Shown: piece after piece, positions 10,108 through 20,684 of the stretch | Numbering within the stretch: position 1 is the first letter of the stretch | How the letters are laid out: the number at the start of each line of letters is the position of its first letter | NCBI GenBank assembly: GCA_947625505.1 | Contig: CANQON010000001.1 | Location: forward strand, 28,950-92,949 | Length of the DNA stretch: 64,000 bases | DNA from: an uncultured Bacilli bacterium | Lineage (GTDB): Bacteria; Bacillota_I; Bacilli_A; RF39; UBA660 | Direction: 5' to 3' | Made by a program: the position numbers and the translations under genes | Notes under the pieces: generated by a model | What the model saw: only the letters and a program-made list of their open reading frames with translations | Told to the model about the DNA's origin: nothing | Databases searched by the model: none

Positions 10108-11421
10108 ATGAAACGACCTGTTGTTGCTTTATTAGGTAGACCTAATGTTGGTAAAAGTACAATATTTAATCGCTTAGTAGGTAAAAAGATTTCTATTATT
10201 GAAGATACACCTGGTATTACTAGAGATCGTATTTATGGTACTGTTGATTATCAAGACTATTCTTTTCATTTAATTGATACAGGAGGAATAGATTTAGATA
10301 ATGCTGAATTTAACGATGAAATAAAAGTACAAGCTGAATTAGCTATCGATGAAGCAGATGTTATCATATTTGTTGTTGATGCTAAAGAAGGATTAACGGC
10401 TAATGACTTCGCTGTACGTGATATGCTAATGAAAAACAATAGTAAAGTTATTGTTGCTATTAATAAATGTGATAGTAAAGCTATTCAAGAAACAGAATAT
10501 GAATTCTATGAATTAGGTTTTGATAAATATTTAAAAGTCAGTGGTGAACAAGGTACAGGCATATATGAACTATTAGAAGAAATAGTTAGTGAGTTTGAAC
10601 CTATTAAAGAAGAATATTCTAAAGATACTTTAAAATTTTCTATTATAGGTCGTCCTAATGTAGGTAAGAGTAGTTTAGTTAATGCTTTACTTAATGAAGA
10701 TCGTGTTATTGTAAGTGATGTAGCAGGAACAACTAGAGATGCTATCGACACTCCATTTACATATCATGGACAAAGTTGTGTAGTTATCGATACAGCAGGT
10801 ATACGTAAAAAAGGAAAAGTTTATGAGAGCGTTGAACGATATAGCTTATTACGTAGTATGAAAGCTATTGATCGCTCTGATGTATGTTGTATTGTTATTA
10901 ATGCTGAAGAAGGTATTATCGAACATGATAAGCATATAGCAGGATATGCTTTAGATGCAGGAAAAGCTGTTGTTATTGTTGTTAACAAATGGGATGTTAT
11001 TGATGATAAGGATAGCGCAATGCGTAAATGGAAGAAAGATATTGAGAATAATTTCCAATTTATGACTTATGCACCTGTTGTCTTTTTATCAGCTAAAAGT
11101 AAAAAAAGAATTCATACTTTAATGCCTGAAATATTAAGAGCATATGAAAATAGTAAGCGTGAGGTTAAGACTAGTGTTTTAAATGAAGTAATAACAGATG
11201 CTTATAATTTAAATCCTCCACCTAGTTATAAAGGTAAGAGACTTAAAATATATTTTTCAACACAAGTTAGTACTTGTCCTCCAACTTTTAATATTCAAGT
11301 TAATAGTAAAGGACTTATTCATTTCTCATATGAAAGATATTTAGAAAATAAAATAAGAGAATCATTTGATTTTACAGGTACACCAATTGTTTTACAGTTT
11401 AAAAATAAAGGAGAACAATAA
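10108..11421 (+). CDS. der: ribosome-associated GTPase Der/EngA (tandem GTPase domains plus KH-like domain)
   Basis: Two G-domains, GRPNVGKST and GRPNVGKSS, each with a DTAG motif, are followed by a C-terminal KH domain. Length is 437 aa. Confidence 0.95.
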   Translation: MKRPVVALLGRPNVGKSTIFNRLVGKKISIIEDTPGITRDRIYGTVDYQDYSFHLIDTGGIDLDNAEFNDEIKVQAELAIDEADVIIFVVDAKEGLTANDFAVRDMLMKNNSKVIVAINKCDSKAIQETEYEFYELGFDKYLKVSGEQGTGIYELLEEIVSEFEPIKEEYSKDTLKFSIIGRPNVGKSSLVNALLNEDRVIVSDVAGTTRDAIDTPFTYHGQSCVVIDTAGIRKKGKVYESVERYSLLRSMKAIDRSDVCCIVINAEEGIIEHDKHIAGYALDAGKAVVIVVNKWDVIDDKDSAMRKWKKDIENNFQFMTYAPVVFLSAKSKKRIHTLMPEILRAYENSKREVKTSVLNEVITDAYNLNPPPSYKGKRLKIYFSTQVSTCPPTFNIQVNSKGLIHFSYERYLENKIRESFDFTGTPIVLQFKNKGEQ

Positions 11422-11422
11422 T

Positions 11423-12103
11423 ATGGAAAAAAATAAAAAGGATTATATTAAAGCTGCCAAAATAAATGTTTTTGTTGTATGCATTGTTTTAGTAATTACA
11501 TTTATTATACTTGGAAATGCTTCATCAACAGTTCAAAAGGAATTAAATAACGACAAGAAAAGTAATACACCTACAATAAATGATCAAGTAGAAGATAAGA
11601 CTGATGATAAAGAAGTAGATAATAATACTTCAAGTGTTAAAGATAAGGAAATTAATACGGAAAATAATACATCAACACCTAATAATTCAAGTACTTCAAA
11701 TAATACAAGTAATCAGAATAATAACACTAATAACCAAAATAATAATAGTAGTAGTAATAATCAAAGTACTAGTAGTAATAGTCAAACTAGTAAACCAGTT
11801 GAGACAACAAAACCAACTGTTGATAATAGTAAGACATTAACAGAATCAAAAATAACAAAGAATGGTATATATATTTCAAATAAATGTGGAGATGTTCAAG
11901 CTCAAGTAATTGATGAATTTTATCAAGACAATAAGTATGTATATTATTTTAATACATTAAGAAGTAATTGTATTTATGTTGGCATTAATGGAGCCGAATT
12001 CACTGTAAAATTTGCTTTAAATGAGGGAAAAGTAACGATGGCTGAATTAGAAAAAGCAGGTTTCTCTTGTTTAAAAAAAGAACGCAATTTAGTAACACGT
12101 TAG
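11423..12103 (+). CDS. membrane-anchored protein with an Asn/Ser/Thr-rich low-complexity linker and a Cys-containing C-terminal domain
   Basis: RBS AAAGGAG precedes the ATG at 11423. One N-terminal TM helix is followed by NNTSTPNNSSTSNNTSNQNNNTNNQNNNSSSNNQSTSS and then a globular tail. Confidence 0.5.
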   Translation: MEKNKKDYIKAAKINVFVVCIVLVITFIILGNASSTVQKELNNDKKSNTPTINDQVEDKTDDKEVDNNTSSVKDKEINTENNTSTPNNSSTSNNTSNQNNNTNNQNNNSSSNNQSTSSNSQTSKPVETTKPTVDNSKTLTESKITKNGIYISNKCGDVQAQVIDEFYQDNKYVYYFNTLRSNCIYVGINGAEFTVKFALNEGKVTMAELEKAGFSCLKKERNLVTR

Positions 12104-12149
12104 TGTTACTTTTTTTATACTTTCTCATAAGATATATTAGGAGGTATAT

Positions 12150-12392
12150 ATGGCTTTTTCTGATGGATTTTTTAATCGTATTGAATCCAAAACTAAAGTA
12201 GATAAAAATACTATTCTTGAATTAGCACGTGAATTACAAGAAAATGACTTAAAAAATGAGAGTACATTAAGAAATGTTATTCAAAAATTAAGTCAAATGA
12301 CAGGTAAACCTGTAAGTCAGGAACAAGAAAATAAAATTATTAATGCCGTTATGCAAGACAAAGTACCAAAAGACGTTGATAAGATGTTTTAA
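12150..12392 (+). CDS. spoVIF: stage VI sporulation protein F-like (YjcC/SpoVIF family)
   Basis: At 80 aa, the pattern FFNRIESKT.V…ILELAR.LQ…DE.TLRNVIQKL.QMTGK.V…E.KII parallels B. subtilis SpoVIF. Confidence 0.6.
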   Translation: MAFSDGFFNRIESKTKVDKNTILELARELQENDLKNESTLRNVIQKLSQMTGKPVSQEQENKIINAVMQDKVPKDVDKMF

Positions 12393-12394
12393 TG

Positions 12395-12421
12395 AGAAAT
12401 AATAATTCTCTTTTTTTTTAG
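12395..12421 (+). terminator. intrinsic terminator after spoVIF
   Basis: An imperfect hairpin GAGAAAT…ATTCTC is followed by T9. Confidence 0.45.
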
Positions 12422-12463
12422 ACTATTTTCTTGTATACTATATATAGAATTGGAGGTACTAAA

Positions 12464-13453
12464 ATGTGGAAAATCGGTAATGTAGAAATACCTAATCAAG
12501 TCGTTTTAGCGCCTATGGCAGGTATAAGTAATAATGCTTATCGTAAGATTATTAAAGAAATGGGATGTGGCTTAATCGTTGCGGAAATGGTGAGTGATAA
12601 AGCTTTAATGTATCATAGTAAAAAGACTCAAGATTTACTATATATGACAGAAGATGAAAGACCTATTGCGCAACAAATATTTGGTAGTGATATTGAATCT
12701 TTTGTTATTGCTGCTAAATATATTGAAGAGAATATGCATCCTGATATTATAGATATAAATATGGGATGTCCTGTACCTAAAGTAGCTTTAAGAGCTCAAG
12801 CAGGTAGTGCTTTACTTAAAAATCCTCATAAAATATATGAAATAGTTAAAGCTATTGTAGATAATGTTAGTATACCTGTAACTGTTAAAATAAGAAGTGG
12901 ATGGGATGAAAACAGTATTAATGCTGTTATGGTTGCCAAAGAAATAGAAAGAGCAGGGGCTAGCGCAATAACTATTCATCCTAGAACACGTAGTCAAGGA
13001 TATAGTGGTAAAGCTGATTGGAATATTATTAAACAAGTAAAAGATGCAGTAGCAATTCCTGTTATAGGTAATGGTGATATTAAATCTTGTTATGATGCTA
13101 AAAGAATGCTTGATGAAACAGGCTGTGATGCTATTATGATTGCTCGTGGTGTTCTAGGTAATCCTTGGTTAATTAAAGAATGTGTTGATTATTTAGAAAA
13201 AGGTATAATGCCTAAAGAAGTAACAATTGAAGAAAAAATAGAAATGATTAAAAAGCATTTAAATAATTTATTAGAGACCAAACCTTATAAAGTAGCTATG
13301 TTAGAAATAAGAACGCATGCTGCTTATTATGTTAAGGGATTGCCTAATGGTAAAGAATTAAAAGCTGATATTTTTAAAACAAAAGACAAAGATGAATTAA
13401 TTAATTTATTAGATAAATATATGGAGGAATATAATGAGAATAAAAAGGACTAG
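12464..13453 (+). CDS. dusB: tRNA-dihydrouridine synthase
   Basis: RBS GGAGGT precedes the ATG at 12464. The stretch LAPMAGISNNAYRKI…GCGL and the TIM-barrel Dus motifs are present. Confidence 0.85.
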   Translation: MWKIGNVEIPNQVVLAPMAGISNNAYRKIIKEMGCGLIVAEMVSDKALMYHSKKTQDLLYMTEDERPIAQQIFGSDIESFVIAAKYIEENMHPDIIDINMGCPVPKVALRAQAGSALLKNPHKIYEIVKAIVDNVSIPVTVKIRSGWDENSINAVMVAKEIERAGASAITIHPRTRSQGYSGKADWNIIKQVKDAVAIPVIGNGDIKSCYDAKRMLDETGCDAIMIARGVLGNPWLIKECVDYLEKGIMPKEVTIEEKIEMIKKHLNNLLETKPYKVAMLEIRTHAAYYVKGLPNGKELKADIFKTKDKDELINLLDKYMEEYNENKKD

Positions 13454-14033
13454 AGCTTTTATTATTGATTTTATTATTATGATACTAGTTTTTTATGCTA
13501 TTAATACTATTATTCCCCCTAATCGTCATGTTAAAGAATTACAAGCTAAAGAAAATGAAGTATTAGAGGCATATACATCTAGACAAATAACTTTTGATGA
13601 ATACTTTGATACATATAGTGAATTAATATATCAAATTGATGCATCACAGAAATTACCTAATTTATGTTACTTAGTGTTTATTATTTTATATTTTATATTA
13701 TTACCTTTCTTATGGAAGGGAAGAACAATAGGTAGTTTTTTAAATGGTATTCAAATAGAAAGATTTGATAAAGGATACTTATATTTACATCAATTATTTA
13801 TGCGTTATATGGTCGTTATAGGATTAGGGTATTTGATTATTCGTCATATTGGAATCTTTTTTATTCCTAGTAAGTACTATTTCTTGGTTATATCGATAGT
13901 TGGAATACTACAAATTGTAGTAGCGATTTTCTCCGCTAATATGATTATGTTTAGTAAAGAAAAAAGGGGTATCCAAGACTTAATTAGTAATACGGAAATG
14001 ACAAAAATTATAAATGTAAAAAAAACTAAATAA
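13434..14033 (+). CDS. RDD-like small integral membrane protein
   Basis: RTRAFIIDFIIMILV at the N-terminus is followed by 3–4 TM segments. The assignment is tentative. Confidence 0.4.
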   Translation: MRIKRTRAFIIDFIIMILVFYAINTIIPPNRHVKELQAKENEVLEAYTSRQITFDEYFDTYSELIYQIDASQKLPNLCYLVFIILYFILLPFLWKGRTIGSFLNGIQIERFDKGYLYLHQLFMRYMVVIGLGYLIIRHIGIFFIPSKYYFLVISIVGILQIVVAIFSANMIMFSKEKRGIQDLISNTEMTKIINVKKTK

Positions 14034-14056
14034 CACTAGTATTTATTTAGTTTTTT
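14019..14056 (+). terminator. intrinsic terminator
   Basis: ACTAAATAA-cactagtat-TTATTTAGT is followed by T7. Confidence 0.6.
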
Positions 14057-14059
14057 TGA

Positions 14060-15595
<1,536 letters not shown>

Positions 15596-15596
15596 T

Positions 15597-16133
15597 ATGC
15601 TTTTATATGTTGTAAGACATGGACAAACAGAGTGGAATTTAGAACATCGTTGTCAAGGTATAAGTGATATACCTTTAACAGAACAAGGTATAAATGAAAC
15701 TAAAAAATTAAAAGAATTAGTCGATAAACTTGATATAGATATTGTTTATTCTTCACCTTTATCAAGAGCTCGTGATACAGCAAAAATATTAATAGGTAAT
15801 AGACTACCTATTAATATTGATGATCGCCTTACTGAACGTGATTGGGGTATGAATGAAGGCATGCTAGTATCTGATTTAGATCAGTATGATTGTTGGGATG
15901 TAATTTTAAATACGGGTGTTCAAGGTATTGAAAAAGTCCAAGATTTTATGAAGCGTATATCTGAATTTTTAGAAGATATCAGAGCCAAATATCCTGATAA
16001 AAATATCCTTGTGGTTGCTCATAGTGCTGTCTTAAGAGTAATCCATTATTTATTAGGTACAATACCTGAAGATGGCGATTTAACGAAAATAAATGTTCCT
16101 AATTTAAGAATTATTGAATATGAGGTAAAATAA
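15597..16133 (+). CDS. histidine phosphatase (phosphoglycerate mutase) family protein
   Basis: The RHG catalytic motif (LYVVRHGQTEWN) and a conserved downstream His (VVAHSAVLR) are present. Confidence 0.8.
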   Translation: MLLYVVRHGQTEWNLEHRCQGISDIPLTEQGINETKKLKELVDKLDIDIVYSSPLSRARDTAKILIGNRLPINIDDRLTERDWGMNEGMLVSDLDQYDCWDVILNTGVQGIEKVQDFMKRISEFLEDIRAKYPDKNILVVAHSAVLRVIHYLLGTIPEDGDLTKINVPNLRIIEYEVK

Positions 16134-16561
16134 TGAAAAAGTATTTAGTTATAATATTGTTACTAGTTTTATTCCTAACAGGTTGTATTAATAAAAAGCA
16201 TGAAATTCAATATGGTTTAGGTAATCAAGATATTGTTATTTCTTATCGCGAAAGAAAGAGTAATAGTCCTAATGCTATTGAATACCAAGTAGATTTATTT
16301 AATACGAAAGTAATTCGTTATGGCTATAGCAATGAAGATGGTTTTAAATCAGTCGATTTAAATAATGAACAATATAATGAGATTATTAAATATGCATTTA
16401 GTGATGAATTTAAGAATTTGGATCATGAATTAGGTAAAGATGAAGGAACATATGAATCAATAACTTTATACTATGATTATAAACAATTTAAAGTATCAGG
16501 TTATGATATTGATAATGAGACATTTATTAAATTAAAAAATTTGTTATTAAATTATGAGTAG
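16133..16561 (+). CDS. hypothetical lipoprotein
   Basis: A signal peptide is followed by the lipobox FLTGC. Confidence 0.6.
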   Translation: MKKYLVIILLLVLFLTGCINKKHEIQYGLGNQDIVISYRERKSNSPNAIEYQVDLFNTKVIRYGYSNEDGFKSVDLNNEQYNEIIKYAFSDEFKNLDHELGKDEGTYESITLYYDYKQFKVSGYDIDNETFIKLKNLLLNYE

Positions 16562-16574
16562 AAAGAAGGAAAAA

Positions 16575-17771
16575 ATGAAAATATTATGTGTTAATGCTGG
16601 TAGTTCATCATTAAAATTTCAATTATTTGAAATGCCAGAAGAAAAAGTATTAATTAGTGGTTACATTGAAAAAATAGGTTCTGAAGATAGTTTTTGGAAT
16701 ACTAAGATTAATGGTGAAAAAATCCGTGGAGAAAAATTTGTTAAGGATCACACCGAAGCTGTACAAGTATTAATTGATGAATTATTTAAACATCATGCTA
16801 TTGAAAGCATGGATGAAATAAAAGGAATAGGACATCGTGTTTTACATGGAGGAGAAAAATATTCTGATTCTGTATTAATTACTGATGAGGTAATTCAAAG
16901 TATTAAAGATTTAACTAAGTTAGGTCCTCTACATCATCCAGGTAATTTAGCAGGTATTGAAGCTATGAAAAAAGCTTTACCAGAAGTACCTATGGTAGCT
17001 GTTTATGATACAGCTTTTCATCAAACAATGCCTAAATTAAATTATATTTATCCTGTACCTTATGAATGGTATACTAAATATGGTGTACGTCGTTATGGGT
17101 TCCATGGTACAAGTCATAAATATATTACCCAAGCTGTACAAAAGATGTTAGGTAAAGAAGACGTAAATGTTATTAGCTGTCATATTGGTAGTGGTAGTAG
17201 TATTTGTTGTATTAAAGATGGTAAATCATATGATACTACTATGGGATTAACACCATTAGATGGTTTAATGATGGGTACACGTTGTGGCGCTATTGATCCA
17301 TCTATCATTGAATATGTATGTAAAGAATCTGGTATGAGTGTTGAAGAAGTAACAACTATCTTAAATAAGAAAAGTGGTTTACTAGGTGTCAGTGAAAAAT
17401 ATGCTGATCATCGTGATATTGAAGATGCTATGAATAATGGCGATGAACAAGCTCATTTAGCTAATGATATGTATATTGAACGTATTGTTAAATATATTGC
17501 TGAATACTATGTTAAATTAGAGGGTAAAGTAGACGCTATCGTCTTTACAGCAGGATTAGGAGAGAATGCTCGTGAATTTAGACAAGCTATTATCTCTAAA
17601 TTAGAATGTATTGGTTTAAAACTTAATGAAGAAGAAAATATGGCTATCGCAAGTTATAAGGATAAACATGAAGGATTAATATCAGCAGAAGATTCAACAG
17701 CTCCTATTTATGTTATTCCAACAGATGAAGAAGTAATGATAGCTCGTGATACTTATAACGCTATCAAATAA
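16575..17771 (+). CDS. ackA: acetate kinase
   Basis: RBS AAGGA precedes the ATG at 16575. MKILCVNAGSSSLKFQLF and the acetate/propionate kinase signatures are present. Confidence 0.95.
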   Translation: MKILCVNAGSSSLKFQLFEMPEEKVLISGYIEKIGSEDSFWNTKINGEKIRGEKFVKDHTEAVQVLIDELFKHHAIESMDEIKGIGHRVLHGGEKYSDSVLITDEVIQSIKDLTKLGPLHHPGNLAGIEAMKKALPEVPMVAVYDTAFHQTMPKLNYIYPVPYEWYTKYGVRRYGFHGTSHKYITQAVQKMLGKEDVNVISCHIGSGSSICCIKDGKSYDTTMGLTPLDGLMMGTRCGAIDPSIIEYVCKESGMSVEEVTTILNKKSGLLGVSEKYADHRDIEDAMNNGDEQAHLANDMYIERIVKYIAEYYVKLEGKVDAIVFTAGLGENAREFRQAIISKLECIGLKLNEEENMAIASYKDKHEGLISAEDSTAPIYVIPTDEEVMIARDTYNAIK

Positions 17772-17797
17772 AAATACGAATTATTCGTATTTTTTTC
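17772..17797 (+). terminator. intrinsic terminator after ackA
   Basis: ATACGAA-tta-TTCGTAT is followed by T7. Confidence 0.75.
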
Positions 17798-17842
17798 TTT
17801 ATGAGATAAGTTATTTATAGTATAATTATTAGAGTAGGTGAT

Positions 17843-18640
17843 ATGGTGAAAGTAATGAGTATCAATTGTCAAAACAACGCAGTTAATCGCCAAGGAGGCA
17901 GAGGATTAGAAGGCTATGATTATAGTCTTATGTTAGCAAATCATATCATAGATAATGAATATGATTTAGTTGGCACCCAAGAAATGTCTTATCGTTTTAC
18001 GGAAAAATTAAAATCTTATTTACCTAATTATCTTTTTTCTGGTAAATATCGTAACAAATTAGCTATATTCAAAAAGTTAATACCTAAATTACAAGGTTTA
18101 ATAGAAAATAACAATGTTATATCTAAAGATCAAGTTATGTATGAAAAGACTTTTACTTTACCATGGTTTCCTCATAATTTTAAGGATATTAAATACGCAA
18201 TTAAAAGAAAATCTTTAATGCGTAGGATAGCGACAGTAGTTCTTATTAATACTAAAGAATTAGGATACATATATATCGTTAATACCCATTTAGATTATGC
18301 TTTAAAAAGTATTCAGGAAAGACAACTAGAGAAATTATATCAAGCTATTAATAAATATCGTAAAGAATATCCTGTTATTCTAACAGGCGACTTTAATATG
18401 GAATATATGAATCCTATCTTTGAAAACTTTATTCATAAGTTAGAAAATATAGGTATTAAAAGAGTACCAATTGATGATAAAACTGATGCGCTAAAATATC
18501 GTCATAAAAGTGCGATAGATCATATCTTTATTCCTAGTGAATATGAAGTTATGGATAGTGGAACAGTTAAAGATGAAAATATTCGTGGCGTAACAGATCA
18601 TTTAGCTGTTTATGTAGAATTTAAAAAAGTAGAATTGTAG
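17843..18640 (+). CDS. endonuclease/exonuclease/phosphatase (EEP) family protein
   Basis: EEP motifs are present: TQEM, GDFN and the C-terminal DH (VTDHLAV). The exact start is uncertain among 17843, 17846 and 17855. Confidence 0.7.
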   Translation: MVKVMSINCQNNAVNRQGGRGLEGYDYSLMLANHIIDNEYDLVGTQEMSYRFTEKLKSYLPNYLFSGKYRNKLAIFKKLIPKLQGLIENNNVISKDQVMYEKTFTLPWFPHNFKDIKYAIKRKSLMRRIATVVLINTKELGYIYIVNTHLDYALKSIQERQLEKLYQAINKYRKEYPVILTGDFNMEYMNPIFENFIHKLENIGIKRVPIDDKTDALKYRHKSAIDHIFIPSEYEVMDSGTVKDENIRGVTDHLAVYVEFKKVEL

Positions 18641-18681
18641 GTAAATGTATGATAAAATTATGGTATAGAAGGGGTGATATA

Positions 18682-19656
18682 ATGCGTATATATCGCCAAA
18701 TATATAAGAAAATAAAAAAATATGATCATATCTTTATAGCGCATCATATAGGACCTGATCCCGATGCTTTAGGAAGTTCATTTGGCTTAAAAGATATAAT
18801 AAAAAATACTTTTCCTAAAAAAAATGTATATGTTGTTGGAAGTAGTGCTTCTAAATTTCGTTATTTAGGAGTACCTGATCATGTTGATGAAACTTTATTT
18901 TCATCATCTTTATTAATTGTTTTAGATACCCCTGATTTAAAAAGAGTAGATGGTGTAAGTCCTAGTGGTTTTAAAGATACAATTAAAATAGATCATCATC
19001 CTTTTATTGAAAAGTTTTGCAATCTTGAATATATTGATGATACAGCTTCTAGTGCTTCACAACTTGTTATGGAATTAACAAAACATACAAGACTTAAAAT
19101 GACTAAGATAGCTAGTATGTGTTTATTTACAGGGTTAGTTGCTGATACGGAAAGATTTTTATATGATTATACAACACCTAAAACTTTTGAATTAGTTGCG
19201 GATATGATTAAAGAAACTAATTTAAAGTTTACCGATTTATATTTACCTATGTATTTAAGACCTTTAAAAGATATACGTTTTAAGGGATATATTATGGCTA
19301 ATATGACCATTACAGATAATGGTTTTGCTTACTTAAAAATCCCTGATGAAATATTAACAGAATATGATGTTGATGCGGCAACAGCAGGTAACTTAATAAA
19401 TGATTTTAATTATATAAATGAGGTAATAGCATGGGGATTCTTCTCTAGTGATAAAGTCAATAATAATATTAGGGGATCTATTAGATCTAGAGGTCCTATT
19501 ATTAATGAAGTATTAACACCTTATGGTGGAGGAGGACATGCTTTAGCAGCTGGTGTTAAAGCTCCTAACTTTGAAATAGTTGATGAAATAATTAAAGATT
19601 TAGATAAGGCATGTGCCAAATATAAAGAAGAAAATATGAAGGTAAGTGAGGAATAA
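18682..19656 (+). CDS. nrnA: DHH/DHHA1 phosphoesterase, NrnA-like (nanoRNase / pAp phosphatase)
   Basis: DHH-family motifs (HHIGPDPDALGS, IDHHP) and the DHHA1 motif GGGGHALAAG are present. RBS AAGGGGTGA precedes the ATG at 18682. Confidence 0.8.
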   Translation: MRIYRQIYKKIKKYDHIFIAHHIGPDPDALGSSFGLKDIIKNTFPKKNVYVVGSSASKFRYLGVPDHVDETLFSSSLLIVLDTPDLKRVDGVSPSGFKDTIKIDHHPFIEKFCNLEYIDDTASSASQLVMELTKHTRLKMTKIASMCLFTGLVADTERFLYDYTTPKTFELVADMIKETNLKFTDLYLPMYLRPLKDIRFKGYIMANMTITDNGFAYLKIPDEILTEYDVDAATAGNLINDFNYINEVIAWGFFSSDKVNNNIRGSIRSRGPIINEVLTPYGGGGHALAAGVKAPNFEIVDEIIKDLDKACAKYKEENMKVSEE

Positions 19657-19657
19657 G

Positions 19658-20566
19658 ATGACAGAGTTATCTAAAAAAATACTTGATGATTATCAAGTAC
19701 GAAGAACAAAAGAACAAAAATTACGTTTTATTAATTTATTAAAAGAATATATACCTGATTTACATGTAGAGGAGGGAGGATTCTTACATAATCGCAATAT
19801 TGTCGTAGGAGATCCTAATACATCTAAGGTAATTATAGGTGCTCATTATGATACGTGCGCTATTTTACCTATGCCTAACTTTGTTATGCCTAAAAATATT
19901 ATTATCAGTATATTATATAGTTTTGTTTTAGTATTTGTTTTATCAATACCTTTCTTTTTAGTAGGAACAGTAGTATTATACTTTTATAGTAATGAAAATA
20001 TCATTTTAATATTAGAACTTTTATATCTTTTATATATTACTTTGGTTATGTTAATAGGAGTTCCTAATAAACATACAGCTAATGATAATACATCAGGAGT
20101 AATATCTTTATGTGAAATGATTATGCATATGACCGAAGAAGAAAGAAAAGATGTTACTTTTGTCTTCTTTGATAATGAAGAGAATGGCCTATTTGGCTCA
20201 GCTTTCTTCGCTAAAGAACATAAAAATATTCTTAAAGACAAATTAGTTATCAACATTGATTGTGTATCTGATGGTAATCATTTCTTAATAATTGAGAATA
20301 AAAAAGCAAAAAGTAAGTATCATGATCAAGTTATGAACATCTTTCGTAGTATGAATAATAAAGTTATCCACATTGAAAATTCTAGTACAACATATTATCC
20401 ATCAGATCAGTTAAACTTTCCAACATATATCGCTTGTTCAACGATGAATAAAAATAAATTAGGATTATATATGAATCGTATTCATACGAAAAGAGATATT
20501 ATTTTTGATGAAAGTAATATTACTTATTTAACAAATAGATTACAAGAATTAATAAAGAATATCTAA
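19658..20566 (+). CDS. M28-family zinc peptidase homologue with an internal two-TM hydrophobic insertion
   Basis: M28 motifs are present (GAHYDT, ANDNTSGV, FFDNEENGLFGS), but about 60 hydrophobic residues lie between the HxD and DNxSG motifs. Confidence 0.6.
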   Translation: MTELSKKILDDYQVRRTKEQKLRFINLLKEYIPDLHVEEGGFLHNRNIVVGDPNTSKVIIGAHYDTCAILPMPNFVMPKNIIISILYSFVLVFVLSIPFFLVGTVVLYFYSNENIILILELLYLLYITLVMLIGVPNKHTANDNTSGVISLCEMIMHMTEEERKDVTFVFFDNEENGLFGSAFFAKEHKNILKDKLVINIDCVSDGNHFLIIENKKAKSKYHDQVMNIFRSMNNKVIHIENSSTTYYPSDQLNFPTYIACSTMNKNKLGLYMNRIHTKRDIIFDESNITYLTNRLQELIKNI

Positions 20567-20586
20567 TTTATTAGATATTTTTTTAT
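20558..20586 (+). terminator. intrinsic terminator
   Basis: AATATCTAAT/ATTAGATATT palindrome followed by T7. Confidence 0.7.
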
Positions 20587-20637
20587 TTATAGAAGATAAA
20601 AATTTCATAATTTAATGCGTAAAAGAGTATGGAAGAT

Positions 20638-20650
20638 ATGCTATAATGGA
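20638..20650 (+). promoter_or_regulatory. extended -10 promoter (TGcTATAAT) upstream of polC
   Basis: TATGCTATAATGG lies about 35 nt upstream of the RBS-supported polC start at 20685. Confidence 0.45.
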
Positions 20651-20684
20651 TGTATACGAAGATGATAACTTAAGAGGTGATAGT

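Noticed and set aside
11634-11840. 68-aa ORF rich in I/V/Q
   Set aside because: It is an out-of-frame read of the A/T-rich low-complexity linker region inside the 11423–12103 gene.
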